Assembly: GCA_050950505.1 (NCBI GenBank) | Contig: JBMNHS010000001.1 | Location: 640,001-704,000, forward strand | From: Candidatus Methanomethylophilaceae archaeon | GTDB lineage: Archaea; Thermoplasmatota; Thermoplasmata; Methanomassiliicoccales; Methanomethylophilaceae | Direction of reading: 5' to 3' | Length of the DNA: 64,000 nucleotides | Shown: positions 47,701 to 56,872 of the stretch, in pieces | Layout of the letters: each line of letters begins with the position of its first letter | How positions within the stretch are numbered: the first letter of the stretch is position 1 | Notes under the pieces: model-generated | What the model was told of the DNA's origin: nothing | Databases searched by the model: none | What the model saw: only the letters and a program-made list of their open reading frames with translations | Program-made: the position numbers and the translations under genes

Positions 47701-47771
47701 AGCAGGCAGGATTCAAGACCTCTCAAATCGTCGCTGAAATAGATGCATATCTTGATTCTGTAGGAGAGTGA
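44757..47771 (+). CDS. hdrA: Heterodisulfide reductase subunit A (long, two-flavin-module form), TTG start
   Basis: ALVIGGGIAG, LDKTFPTNDCSACIL, FVQCCGSR, YCSSICC, VGVWVCHCGTNIAG, VVASCTPRTHE, second GGGITG, C-terminal ferredoxin motifs; GGAGG RBS. Confidence 0.96.
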   Translation: MTKSALVIGGGIAGIQASLDLADRGVHVYLVEKDATIGGAMSRLDKTFPTNDCSACILSPKMADCAGHPNISLLTYHEVMKVDGTAGDFKVTVKKKARYVIAEECTGCADCVAKCPSRNIPDEYEFGLSSRRAIHIPHAQAVPRVAIIDPDNCRMIQSGKCGVCAKVCQKGAINYEDKDEEIVINVGSIIAATGFAVWDANIASEYGYGRFDNVITSMEFERYMCASGCTGGHITMPSSGEEPKKIAFVQCCGSRSQKDGWKKYCSSICCMQATKEAMLTKEHIAEVQEDIYFMDIRSYGKEFEDYIHRAENQYGIGMHRGARVSHLEEDPETKQIILNYTDEENNGKSEVYDLVVLSVALAPPEGVKEFADTLGIELNDHGFCKTTVFDPLATSREGVFVTGAFAAPKDIPTSVAEASGASAKAAKYIVGEGFVPAAPKEYPAEKDVSGLEPRVGVWVCHCGTNIAGTIDVKAVAEYASKLPGVAYATDVVYACAQDALAEISESIKEHDLNRVVVASCTPRTHEPLFRESARDGGLNPYLVNMANIRDQCSWIHMQAADAATEKSKDLIRMAIAKAKLLEPLQGADVPVIQTAAVVGGGITGMTAALDLAAQGFTTYLIEKEKELGGFARNFKHKEDGVSVSDFLQKTIDAVNSNDLIKVYTGVSVTDIPGYVGNFKLKLSNGAEIETGAVLLAIGAEQYQPTEFNYGKDPKVMTIIEAENKIDEGAFNGQNVAFISCVGSRNDDVAYCSRVCCSGSLRNAIQIKMKNPMANVTYFHKDVRTYGFREDLYFLASQLGINFVRYPVGNDLPSYDGNVVKAFDSTLGVEIEVPVDAVVLAAGIAPNPESQSIAQMVKVPISKDGFFFEAHQKLRPVDFATEGVYVAGTAHWPKFMDECMAQASGAASRMVTIISKPNRVSEGIVASVNPNRCDGCGVCEGCCDYNAIKIVDCGNGKYKSDVNPALCKGCGSCVASCPSGAMEQAGFKTSQIVAEIDAYLDSVGE

Positions 47772-47776
47772 ATAAA

Positions 47777-48220
47777 ATGGCAGATTTTGAACCAAAAGTA
47801 GTAGCGTTCTGCTGTAACTGGTGCTCGTACGCGGGCGCCGACGGAGCAGGCGTAGCAAGGCTTCAGATGCCTACAAACTTCCGTATCATCCGGACAATGT
47901 GCTCGGCCAGAATCGACCCTGAGTTCATACTCAGGGCGTTCTCCAAAGGCGCAGACGGTGTGATGATCCTCGGTTGTCACCCTGCGGACTGCCACTATAT
48001 CGGCGGTAACTACAGGGCCAGAAGAAGGATCTCGCTCCTCAGGATAGTGCTCGAACAGTACGGATTCGACCCCAAAAGGCTCAAGCTCGAATGGGTCTCC
48101 GCGTCCGAGTCCTCAAAGTTCCAGGAAACTGTTACGGATTTCGTAGATACAATCGCAAAACTCGGCCCCACGCCTTTGGTTAAGGTCGAGTTGCCTGTTA
48201 AGGCTAAGGAGGCTGAGTAA
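47777..48220 (+). CDS. mvhD: Methyl-viologen-reducing hydrogenase subunit D
   Basis: FCCNWCSYAGAD.AG, MCSARIDP, GCHPADCHY..GN, WVSASE. Confidence 0.97.
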   Translation: MADFEPKVVAFCCNWCSYAGADGAGVARLQMPTNFRIIRTMCSARIDPEFILRAFSKGADGVMILGCHPADCHYIGGNYRARRRISLLRIVLEQYGFDPKRLKLEWVSASESSKFQETVTDFVDTIAKLGPTPLVKVELPVKAKEAE

Positions 48221-48221
48221 A

Positions 48222-49466
48222 TTGTCGTTAAAAGGTTGGTGGGCAGAAAGGAAGAAGAAGAGAGATGAAGCCAAGGCTCAGAAAGAGTCTAAGGCACCCG
48301 CATCCTCTTCCGCCGCCCCCGTAAAGAAAGAAACCGCGGCCGCGTCCGCATCCGACTCCACAGTCTGCGCTTTGGATACCGAACCCATCGGACTCGAAGC
48401 CGCGGATCTCGGGCCTTTGATGCCCGGAGCGCCCGAAGGAGGCAAGATCAACCTTGCCGTCTATTGGGCATCCGCCTGCGGTGGATGCGACGTGTCCTTG
48501 CTGGACATCGCCGACAGGATTCTCACGGTAAAGGACATGGCGAACATCGTCATGTGGCCCATTGCCGTGGATGGTAAAGAAAAAGACATTCAAGCTCTGG
48601 ACGACGGAGAAATCACCGTCTGCATGATAAACGGAGCTATCAGGAATGAAGAGAACGAACACATGGCAAAACTGCTCAGACAGAAGTCTCAGATCGTAGT
48701 TGCCTACGGTTCATGTGCTACCTGCGGAGGTACACCCGCTCTTGCAAACCTTGTGCCCGGCGGTATCAATGAGATTATGGACTACGTCCACAACGAGGTA
48801 CCCAGCACAAAGGACTTCCAGGAGACATACCACAAGGATAATTACGTACACCCCCAGACCTCCACTGAGGTCCCTGAGGGAACGCTTACCCTGCCGGTAT
48901 TGTACGATACCGTCTACGCACTCGACCAGGTCATTGATGTGGACTACTATCTCCCGGGATGCCCTCCTCTCCAGGAGTCGATTTCCCACCTTTTGAAGAT
49001 AGTCGTGGACTTCGTGTACAGCGGAGTCCCGCTTCCCCCCAAGGGAACCGTCGCCGGTGTCACATCCAAGACACTCTGCGAGGAATGCCCCAGGGAAAAG
49101 AAGTTCGAGAGAATCACCGAAGTCAAAGAACCTTACGAGGTCGACACGAACAACGACAAGTGCCTCATGGATTTGGGAATCATCTGTCTCGGACCGTCCA
49201 CCATGGGCGGATGCGGTGCGGCATGTACCCGCGTGGGACAGCCTTGCCGCGGTTGTTACGGACCTTCGCCGGATGTTCAGGAACTCGGATCGAGCGCATT
49301 CACTGCAATCGCTTCACTGTTCCCCATTTCGGATGAAGAGTCTCAGATGAGCGAGGATGATATTGACAACATAATGAGGCAGATAAAGGACCCCCTCGGG
49401 TACTTCTACGCTTTCTCTATGTCCAAGTCCTTGATTATGAGAGCAGTTGATGAAGGAGGTCAGTGA
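48222..49466 (+). CDS. mvhG: Methyl-viologen-reducing hydrogenase small subunit with N-terminal extension, TTG start
   Basis: SACGGCDVS, AYGSCA..GG.PAL, YLPGCPP, LCEECPR, CLG..T..GC.A.C....PCRGCYGP. Confidence 0.95.
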   Translation: MSLKGWWAERKKKRDEAKAQKESKAPASSSAAPVKKETAAASASDSTVCALDTEPIGLEAADLGPLMPGAPEGGKINLAVYWASACGGCDVSLLDIADRILTVKDMANIVMWPIAVDGKEKDIQALDDGEITVCMINGAIRNEENEHMAKLLRQKSQIVVAYGSCATCGGTPALANLVPGGINEIMDYVHNEVPSTKDFQETYHKDNYVHPQTSTEVPEGTLTLPVLYDTVYALDQVIDVDYYLPGCPPLQESISHLLKIVVDFVYSGVPLPPKGTVAGVTSKTLCEECPREKKFERITEVKEPYEVDTNNDKCLMDLGIICLGPSTMGGCGAACTRVGQPCRGCYGPSPDVQELGSSAFTAIASLFPISDEESQMSEDDIDNIMRQIKDPLGYFYAFSMSKSLIMRAVDEGGQ

Positions 49467-49467
49467 A

Positions 49468-50985
49468 ATGACCGGACCTATAATTTGGGATGAAAAGAAG
49501 AAAACAGACAAAAAGAGGATTTTGATCGATCCCATTACCCGTCTTGAGGGTCACGGAAAGATTGAAATCTTCCTTGATGACGACGGAAACGTGAAGAACG
49601 CATACTGGCAGATTCCGGAACTGAGAGGTTTCGAGAGATTCTGCATCGGCAGGCGTGTCACCGAGATGAACCAGATTACCGCAAGACTCTGCGGTGTCTG
49701 TCCCGGCGCCCACCACATGGCTGCGTCCAAAGCGGCGGACGGATGTTACAACACCGAGCCCACCGAAGGCGCATTGGCCATCAGGGATGCATTCTTCCAC
49801 GCACACTACGTACACAGCCACACGGCGCACTTTTACGCATTGGCTTCCGCCGACTTTGTCTGCGGACCCGGAGCTCCCGTCGCCGAGAGAAACGTTCTCG
49901 GTGTCATTGACCGTGTAGGACTCGAGCTCGGAGGCGCAGTACTTACGTCCCGTGCCAAAGCTCAGAAGATCCAGGCGATCATCGGAGGAAAGGCCACCCA
50001 CCCCGTTATGTCAGTACCGGGCGGTGTAACCAAACCCATCAACAGGGAAGAGCAGAAAGAAATACTGGGCTACGCAGAAGATCTGGTGGAGTTCGGTAAA
50101 ACAACCATGCAGGTGTTCAAGGACGTTGTTCTTGCCAACAAAGACTACGTTGACATCATAACCAACACGGACCTCTACTACAACGAGACGTATCACATGG
50201 GGATGGTCAACGACAAGAATGAGTTGGAGTTCCACAACGGACCCATCAGAGTCATTGCGCAGGACGGCAGCGAATTCGCAAGATTCGACCAGTACGACCA
50301 CCTTGACCACGTATCCGAGGCCGTTGAGGAATGGAGCTACGAGAAGTTCCCCTACCTCAAAAATGTCGGATACAAGGGAATGGTTGCCGGACCCGAAAGC
50401 GGTCTTTACCGCGCGGCCCCTCTGGCAAGATTCAACGCTGCGGACAGCATCCGCACCCCGCTTGCCCAGGAAGAGTTCGCCTATGCGAAGGGATTCTTCA
50501 AGGATCTCGGCATCACCGGACCCGTGCAGCACACCCTGGTCGCTCACTGGGCAAGAGTCATCGAATTGCTCTACGCCGCTGAGAAGTGCAAGATGATGGT
50601 CGAAGACGACAGGTTCCTCGACCCCAATGTCAAACAGCACGACCTCCAGCCCGGCGGACGCGGTGTGGGTGTGGTTGAGGCACCGAGAGGTACTCTCTTC
50701 CACGACTACGAGTGCGATGAGGACGGTCTTGTCACCAAGTGCAACCTGATTGTCGGAACCACCAACAACAACGGCCCCATCAACTGCGATGTTGCCAAGG
50801 TTGCGAAAGGCCTGATCAAGAACTTCGAAGTATCCCCCGGTTTGCTGAACATGGTGGAGATGGCGTTCAGGGCATACGACCCCTGCAACTCCTGCGCCAC
50901 TCACAGCCTGCCCGGTCAGATGCCCATGACGGCAGAGATCAGGCGCGCCGACGGATCGATTTTCGACGTAGTCAGCCGCGGATGA
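49468..50985 (+). CDS. mvhA: Methyl-viologen-reducing [NiFe] hydrogenase large subunit (group 3c)
   Basis: DPITRLEGHG, RGFE, RLCGVC, EAPRG, RAYDPCNSCATH plus cleavable tail; GGAGGT RBS before ATG 49468. Confidence 0.97.
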   Translation: MTGPIIWDEKKKTDKKRILIDPITRLEGHGKIEIFLDDDGNVKNAYWQIPELRGFERFCIGRRVTEMNQITARLCGVCPGAHHMAASKAADGCYNTEPTEGALAIRDAFFHAHYVHSHTAHFYALASADFVCGPGAPVAERNVLGVIDRVGLELGGAVLTSRAKAQKIQAIIGGKATHPVMSVPGGVTKPINREEQKEILGYAEDLVEFGKTTMQVFKDVVLANKDYVDIITNTDLYYNETYHMGMVNDKNELEFHNGPIRVIAQDGSEFARFDQYDHLDHVSEAVEEWSYEKFPYLKNVGYKGMVAGPESGLYRAAPLARFNAADSIRTPLAQEEFAYAKGFFKDLGITGPVQHTLVAHWARVIELLYAAEKCKMMVEDDRFLDPNVKQHDLQPGGRGVGVVEAPRGTLFHDYECDEDGLVTKCNLIVGTTNNNGPINCDVAKVAKGLIKNFEVSPGLLNMVEMAFRAYDPCNSCATHSLPGQMPMTAEIRRADGSIFDVVSRG

Positions 50986-50992
50986 ACAAAAC

Positions 50993-51058
50993 AGGAGGGC
51001 AATGCCCTCCTTTCAAACATTTTCTTCCAATCAAAAGGGGGTTCGCCCCCTTATTTTT
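50993..51058 (+). terminator. Two GC hairpins with T-rich tails after mvhA
   Basis: AGGAGGGC-AAT-GCCCTCCT (50993-51011) and AAGGGGG-TTCG-CCCCCTT-ATTTTT (51035-51058). Confidence 0.7.
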
Positions 51059-51405
51059 ACCATATATCGTATATTTTGATGAAGTCGGTGCCCTCATCGG
51101 TTTGAACAAGCCTATCGAAGACGTAATTCGGGCTTATACGGTTTTCTCTTTGTGTCCGCCGACACATTCAATGATCGCAAAAACCGGTCCGAAACCCAAT
51201 TTGTCAATATATTCTTTCACGAAACCGACGGTTCCGACAGAAAATAATATATTTTTGTTTGCTTTTGTAAGCCCTGTCCTCCGTTCGGTTAATACTGTAT
51301 ACACAAAACTGTATTTGAACGAGGACACTTTTTTTTCGGCAGTCTTCAAAAATACATCACATTCTATCAATCAAGCGTCAAGGTCAGGGAACAAACGCAT
51401 TTGAT

Positions 51406-52614
51406 TCAGAGGACAGAGCTCAGGAATTCGGTCAGAGAACAGCATATTATTCCGGTATCCGTTGTACCCTCGTAAACTCCCGGATCCATCATCACCACAT
51501 ATTTCGGGAAATTATCCCTTATCGATTCAAGATTGCCGAACTCGCGTTCCATGGTCTCTTCCGATTGAATCGTCTGACATGCCTGTATGTAGATTCTCTT
51601 ATCCCCCTTCTCTGCGACGAAGTCTATCTCCTTTCCGTCGGAGGATCCGATGTAAACACCGTAACCTCTTCCCAGAAGCTCCGTGAATATCATGTTCTCG
51701 ATGTGTCCGGGTGTATCCTCCGGACGATATCCCAACAGGGCGTGTTTGATTCCAAGGTCGGTTACATAATATTTGTATTTGGCCGTGAGAACTCTCTTTC
51801 CCTTTATGTCGAAGGTCTTTGCGCGTATTATGATGTTCGCGGATTCCAGATATCTGAGGTATTCATAAACGGTGTCCGCCGAAACCCTGATGCCTGTCGA
51901 CCTCATCGTGTTATAGAGATTGTTGGCTGAAACGTAGTTTCCGATGGTTGAAAGCGTGTATCTCAGAAGGTTCTTCAACAACTGTTTGTTCTTGATGCCG
52001 AACCTCTCTTCGATGTCATTCGCGATGGATACATCGACAATATCGCGGACCGTCTGCATGTCGGATTGGATATCGGCCGGATTACGCCATAATATGGGAA
52101 ACCCTCCTGCGCGTACGAACGTATGAAAAACATCATCCGCGCCCCCGAACATCTTTTGGAACTCCAGGCATTCCGTGTACGACAGAGGCAACATATGTAT
52201 CGTGTTGAATCTGCCGCCGAGATGGGTTGCATATTCGGAAGACAGCAGATCGGAGTTGGATCCGGTGAGATACACATCGTATAGCTCCCTTGCAATTATG
52301 TCTCTTATTGCCAATTCCCATTCTTTGACGTTCTGTACTTCATCTATGAACAAAACATTCTTTCTTGTTGCATCGACTGCGGATTCCACCTTTCCGAGAA
52401 GCGATCTCCAATCCCTCAGATTATAGTTCTCGGCCAGTTCCATGTTCAGATATACCACGTTATGATCTGTGAATGATCTTGAGAATAATCTCATGACGGA
52501 GGATTTGCCGCATCTTCTTATGCCGGTTATGATTTTGGCATTACCGTTGCCGATGAACGGTCTGATCCTTTCTGTATATCTCGGTCTGTCGACGAGACCG
52601 GCGATGGTATTCAT
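51406..52614 (-). CDS. AAA_14 ATPase with DUF4143 C-terminal domain
   Basis: ITGIRRCGKS, FIDEVQ, TGSNS, GGFP, KYYVTDLG, EN....L, EIDFV. Confidence 0.92.
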   Translation of the reverse strand: MNTIAGLVDRPRYTERIRPFIGNGNAKIITGIRRCGKSSVMRLFSRSFTDHNVVYLNMELAENYNLRDWRSLLGKVESAVDATRKNVLFIDEVQNVKEWELAIRDIIARELYDVYLTGSNSDLLSSEYATHLGGRFNTIHMLPLSYTECLEFQKMFGGADDVFHTFVRAGGFPILWRNPADIQSDMQTVRDIVDVSIANDIEERFGIKNKQLLKNLLRYTLSTIGNYVSANNLYNTMRSTGIRVSADTVYEYLRYLESANIIIRAKTFDIKGKRVLTAKYKYYVTDLGIKHALLGYRPEDTPGHIENMIFTELLGRGYGVYIGSSDGKEIDFVAEKGDKRIYIQACQTIQSEETMEREFGNLESIRDNFPKYVVMMDPGVYEGTTDTGIICCSLTEFLSSVL

Positions 52615-52983
52615 ACCGCATACATCGATTGAAAGGTATTTAAGATTATCAATAGTTTCGATTAAAGAAGGAAACTATACAGTTATTATAGCATAAGTTT
52701 CATTTTACAGTCTAAACCTTTTCCGATAAGCCGAAGGGCACTCCCGCAATCGGACATCTCTATTCGACTGCCATGGATTACGGGCTCATGACTCTATATT
52801 TTAGTTTTTGGTCGTTTTCCGCACCCTTTCACAGAAAGTTCGGGTAATCGATAAGGAATTGAGGAATACGCCGATATCAAAACCTGCATTCATGTTAATA
52901 TGCAGTGTAATCAATCAAAACGATCTAATACAGTCCGTTAAAATAATTTGATACGGTCTGTCAATTATTTGTAATTCAGACGG

Positions 52984-53763
52984 TCACTTCTTATCTTTTC
53001 TTATCCAGCGTGAATTGTTACGTCCTTTGATCATGAGGTCGGAACGTTTTCCCAGATTAACGCCGTCAAGTAAGTAAATCTGTGCGTTGTCAATATCCAT
53101 AAGTTCGCTGTTAAGCAACGGCCCCAGCAGATCTTCTTTTTCAACATTCACGGGAGATCCGCCCAGCATACGGTTGAAAGCGGGAATGACAATGAATTTC
53201 TCGGGCAGGAGAGAATATCTTTCCGATTCCGTATTCAAAAATTTACCCCGCATCCAACAGGGCTCTGTTGTTATTTTTCCGACGCCATCTTTGAACATTA
53301 CCGCAGGGTGATTATGGGCCATAATCAGTATTTCGCAGTTCATCACGTCTTCAGAAGGCCAGGTATGTCCGTGAACATAACCGACCCGTCCGATTTTCAA
53401 ACCCGTAGCGGGACGGAACCCGACCCCCCGGGGAAGAAACTCTTCCAAATTGGTATCGTGATTTCCTCTCACCACATCCACTTCGCTGAAAATATCCAGT
53501 AAATTATCGAAGAATTCGGGTATTTCCCGATATTCCTGTTTGGAGGTTCCGGGTACGGAGTCTTTGACATCTCCGATGATAATTATTCTGTCGCAGTCTT
53601 CCGATATTTCGATGATGGTATTCAGCATTTCTTTGGTTCTGGATACCAGGTGAAACCCCTTGGCTCCAAGGTGGGATTCAACACCTATGTGCAAATCTCC
53701 AATCACCAGTATGTTCCCGTTACGCAATGCAGGTATGCCGATGACGGGCTGAATGTCAATCAT
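52984..53763 (-). CDS. Calcineurin-like metallophosphoesterase (SbcD/Mre11-related archaeal family)
   Basis: GDLHIG, IGDVK, RGNHD, HGH, AHNHP, PAFN. Confidence 0.9.
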   Translation of the reverse strand: MIDIQPVIGIPALRNGNILVIGDLHIGVESHLGAKGFHLVSRTKEMLNTIIEISEDCDRIIIIGDVKDSVPGTSKQEYREIPEFFDNLLDIFSEVDVVRGNHDTNLEEFLPRGVGFRPATGLKIGRVGYVHGHTWPSEDVMNCEILIMAHNHPAVMFKDGVGKITTEPCWMRGKFLNTESERYSLLPEKFIVIPAFNRMLGGSPVNVEKEDLLGPLLNSELMDIDNAQIYLLDGVNLGKRSDLMIKGRNNSRWIRKDKK

Positions 53764-55184
53764 CGTTTCGACAATCCTTCTTTCAGAACGTTAGGAATTT
53801 CATCGATAACATCCGTTGCAATCATTCCGTAACTACGTGATTCAAATCCCCGATCTCCCGCTTTGCCACAAATATATGCGCCGAGGCATGCGGCATCGAA
53901 TGCGGACAAACCTTTTGAAAGAAGTCCCGCCACAATTCCGGCCAGCACATCCCCGGTTCCGGCAACTGTCATTGCCGGATTACCGGTACGATTCATCCTT
54001 GTGTGTTTTCCGTCGGAGATTATATCCTCTTTTCCCTTCAGCAGTATGACGGCATTCAGCGATTTTGCGATATCGGCAACATCATCGGCATTTCTGAATT
54101 TCTTTCCGAGCCTTTCGAATTCTCTTTTGTGGGGCGTGAAAACAATCGGAACCGATGCTTCGAAACCCGATTCAACGGCAGTGATTCCGTCGGCATCGAT
54201 GACCATGGGAACACCGCATCCGGAAACAAACATTCTGACCGCCGAAAGAGTATCTTCGTCCGTACCGAGACCGGGTCCGATCAGCACCGTATCGTAATCA
54301 ACGGAAAATTTCAGAAGTTCGGGTACATGAGACGGAAGCAGAATATTACGGGAGTTGCCATCTTCATCTGCAAGGGGGTGAAATGTGAACACCGGTGAGA
54401 ACGATGCCACGCTGCCGGCAATTCCCTCCGGGGTTGCGATATTTACTATATCCGCCCCGACTCTCAGGGCCGACAGTCCGGACATGGCAGGAGCTCCGAT
54501 GTAAGGCCCTCCGCCCACAATCATAACCCGCCCGTTGCATCCTTTGTGACTGTCGGATTTGGGAACGGGGTATCTCAGCATGTCGCCGGGTCCGACTATC
54601 CTTAATGCGTCTTCGGGAATTCCGATGTCGGCTACAACGATTTCGCCGGAGTTTTCTTCCGTCATACCGGTTTTCGGATACTGAAAAGAAACCGTTATGT
54701 CCGGTTTGACCTGCATGTCGCACCCTAATCCGGTGGGTATGTCGGCGGAGATTATCGTATCTTTGAAGTTTTTGGATATTTTTATGAAATTATCGTAAGG
54801 CGATTTAATCGACCCCTTGGTTCCTGTGCCCAAACCGCAGTCGACAAGCACGTCGAAGTCGTTAGGGACGAGGTCATCGAACATAATAACAGGACAATTC
54901 AAAGCAGAAAAGTATTTTCTGGAGATATCGGAGCGTATCGACGTCTCGGGCTTCATCAGACAAACAGTAACGTCTTCGTCTTTCATCAAACCGGCGGCGG
55001 CGAATCCGTCGCCTCCGTTGTTGCCCGTACCGCAAACAAACAGGAATTTCTTACCTGAATACCGTTTAAGAACCTTAACCAGAGCGTTTCCCGCATTTCC
55101 CATAAGCGTATAGAGATCCGTGCCCAAAGCTTCGGCATTGGCGTCCAATATACGGGTTTCCGATGCAGGCAACATCTCAATCAC
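53760..55184 (-). CDS. nnr: Bifunctional NAD(P)H-hydrate epimerase/dehydratase
   Basis: CGTGNNGGDG, D.PTG, SHKG..G, GPGLG, DAD, TPH..EF, AGTGDVLAG. Confidence 0.95.
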   Translation of the reverse strand: MIEMLPASETRILDANAEALGTDLYTLMGNAGNALVKVLKRYSGKKFLFVCGTGNNGGDGFAAAGLMKDEDVTVCLMKPETSIRSDISRKYFSALNCPVIMFDDLVPNDFDVLVDCGLGTGTKGSIKSPYDNFIKISKNFKDTIISADIPTGLGCDMQVKPDITVSFQYPKTGMTEENSGEIVVADIGIPEDALRIVGPGDMLRYPVPKSDSHKGCNGRVMIVGGGPYIGAPAMSGLSALRVGADIVNIATPEGIAGSVASFSPVFTFHPLADEDGNSRNILLPSHVPELLKFSVDYDTVLIGPGLGTDEDTLSAVRMFVSGCGVPMVIDADGITAVESGFEASVPIVFTPHKREFERLGKKFRNADDVADIAKSLNAVILLKGKEDIISDGKHTRMNRTGNPAMTVAGTGDVLAGIVAGLLSKGLSAFDAACLGAYICGKAGDRGFESRSYGMIATDVIDEIPNVLKEGLSKR

Positions 55185-55474
55185 TTTTGATTTTTGACCA
55201 ATATTTCACCGATGCGGGGCAATATTTCAGTTTTAGTCATTTTTCCCCTTTCAACGCGTATGCAACCGTTTTTGGCAAGAGCATTGCCGGGGTAAGACAT
55301 GTTTTCGAATATTTTGTATTCCAGGTCGAGAATCATGGCCCCTTTGGCAATGATGTCCAAATCGGGATCTTTGACGCACAGTGATTTGGGCAGTCTGCGT
55401 CCTTCGGAACGGGTGCGTCCGATGTCAAAATATTCCGGCCATATCGTGATGGCCGTATCCTCATCATATGCCAT
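55181..55474 (-). CDS. srp19: Signal recognition particle protein Srp19
   Basis: IWPEYFD..RTRSEGRRLPK..CV..P; YP; adjacent to rps8e. Confidence 0.92.
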   Translation of the reverse strand: MAYDEDTAITIWPEYFDIGRTRSEGRRLPKSLCVKDPDLDIIAKGAMILDLEYKIFENMSYPGNALAKNGCIRVERGKMTKTEILPRIGEILVKNQK

Positions 55475-55570
55475 AATGAACACGTATCATGTGAAAAGAA
55501 TTAAAACTGATTGGAAAAATAAAGGCAGGCGGGCCGTTGCCTGAGACGGCAACCTGTGTATGAATCGGTA

Positions 55571-55950
55571 TCAGAGCAGAACAGCGTTGATGACCCCATC
55601 CTGACCGGGCCTGGAAGTGACGACAGCGTCACCGGCTTCGGTGGATGATGGTAGCGCCCCTGTTCATGATGTTGCGCTGTACGTAGTTAGGGTCGGCCGG
55701 GTTGGTTTTGACGGTTATGATCTTTACCTTTTTGGTGGTGTTGTTGCTTCTTATCGACAACGTTGGCATATTCTGCCATGAGAACGCCGGTCTTCACGTT
55801 ACCGCCCATTCCGCGGTAAGCCTTGGAAGACTGACGGCCTATTCTTGTGAACTGTTTCTCTCTGCCGATTTCGAATTTTCTTTTACCAGCGCACAGGACA
55901 CGCCTGCCGCCGGTGGACTTTCTTCTTGATTTACCCTGCCAAAGTGCCAT
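55571..55950 (-). CDS. rps8e: 30S ribosomal protein S8e, with two apparent +1 frameshifts (about 55748 and 55643), probably sequencing errors
   Basis: MALWQGKSRRKSTGGR start; removing two bases restores ...TTKKVKIITVKTNPADPNYVQRNIMNRGATI.TEAGDAVVTSRPGQDGVINAVLL*. Confidence 0.92.
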
Positions 55951-56003
55951 ACTAATCGAATCCACTTTACATAAGATACGTATAAAAAGGTTTGTGATAC
56001 AAG

Positions 56004-56654
56004 TTACAGCCCCTCGAGGCCCAACAGAACAGAGCTTCGGGCTTTACCGTTCTTTGATATCCACTAATGCGCCGTAACCGTCCTCTTGCGGGGCCGGGAT
56101 TCACAAACACGGTGCCGTCCTGTTCCACAATGCCCCGGGCTTCATGCACATGTCCGGACAGAGCAAGGATGGGCTCGAATTCGTCGACAATTCTTTTAAC
56201 TGCTTTGCTGCCCACGCTCTGCCCGGAGGGAATCTGATCCAATATCCCGTACGGCGGTACGTGAGTCATAAGCACCATTCCCTTTTTTGATATCTGTTTC
56301 AGACCCTGATAAAGTTCGTTTTCCGTAAGTTCGAAAGGAGTTCCGAAGATGGTTATGTTGGATCCCCCCAATCCGGCAAAATGTATTCCGTCGATTTCAG
56401 TGCTTTTGCCGTGCATATCGTGGGCAACATCGGAAATCTTCCGAGGCATGTCTCTGGGATCGCAGTTTCCGGGTATAACGTACACCTCGGAATTGATGTC
56501 CTGTATGATTCCGATTGCGTCTTCCCCCGTTCCCATGTCCGTGACGTCCCCCAGGAAAAGGGTGAACTCCGGAGCGTACTCCTCGAATCATGGAGTTAAT
56601 CGATTCCAACATGGATCGCTTCTGATGAAAGTCCGTAATCACCAAAAATCTCAT
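56004..56654 (-). CDS. Icc-like metallophosphoesterase with about three apparent +1 frameshifts
   Basis: MRFLVITDFH, LGDVTD, PGNCD, THVPP, SGHVHE, NPGP motifs spread over different frames. Confidence 0.8.
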
Positions 56655-56784
56655 GGTTGATGATGGCAAGGCAGGTTAATACTCCTTTTGTTGTCGGTAT
56701 TGAATATCATCGCATAATATAAGGAACGGAAGCCATAAGTGTGACCGTAAGATATTTCTTTCCGATAATGGTGGCAAAATGTGA

Positions 56785-56872
56785 TGGCGTGGAGGGCGAG
56801 ATTCGAACTCGCGAGTCCTTGTGGGACAATAGATTAGCAGTCTATCGCCTTGCCAGGCTGGGCTACCTCCAC
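56785..56872 (-). tRNA. tRNA-Ser(GCT), CCA encoded
   Basis: GTGGAGG/CCTCCAC acceptor, ATAGA-CT-GCT-AA-TCTAT anticodon arm, long variable arm, GTTCGAATC. Confidence 0.96.

Noticed and set aside
49468-50985. Selenocysteine in Mvh/Hdr subunits
   Set aside because: All relevant motifs use Cys (DPCNSC, GCHPADCHY) and there is no in-frame TGA.
51134-51370. 78-aa minus-strand ORF downstream of the AAA gene
   Set aside because: No recognisable motif and atypical composition; cannot be supported as a gene.
55520-55560. SRP (7S) RNA next to srp19
   Set aside because: Only a short GTTGCC/GGCAAC hairpin in a gap of under 100 bp, far too small for an archaeal SRP RNA.
55687-55689. TAG ending the ORF-track rps8e fragment as a pyrrolysine read-through site
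   Set aside because: The stop is TAA in a shifted frame; the break is explained by single-base insertions, not amber suppression.
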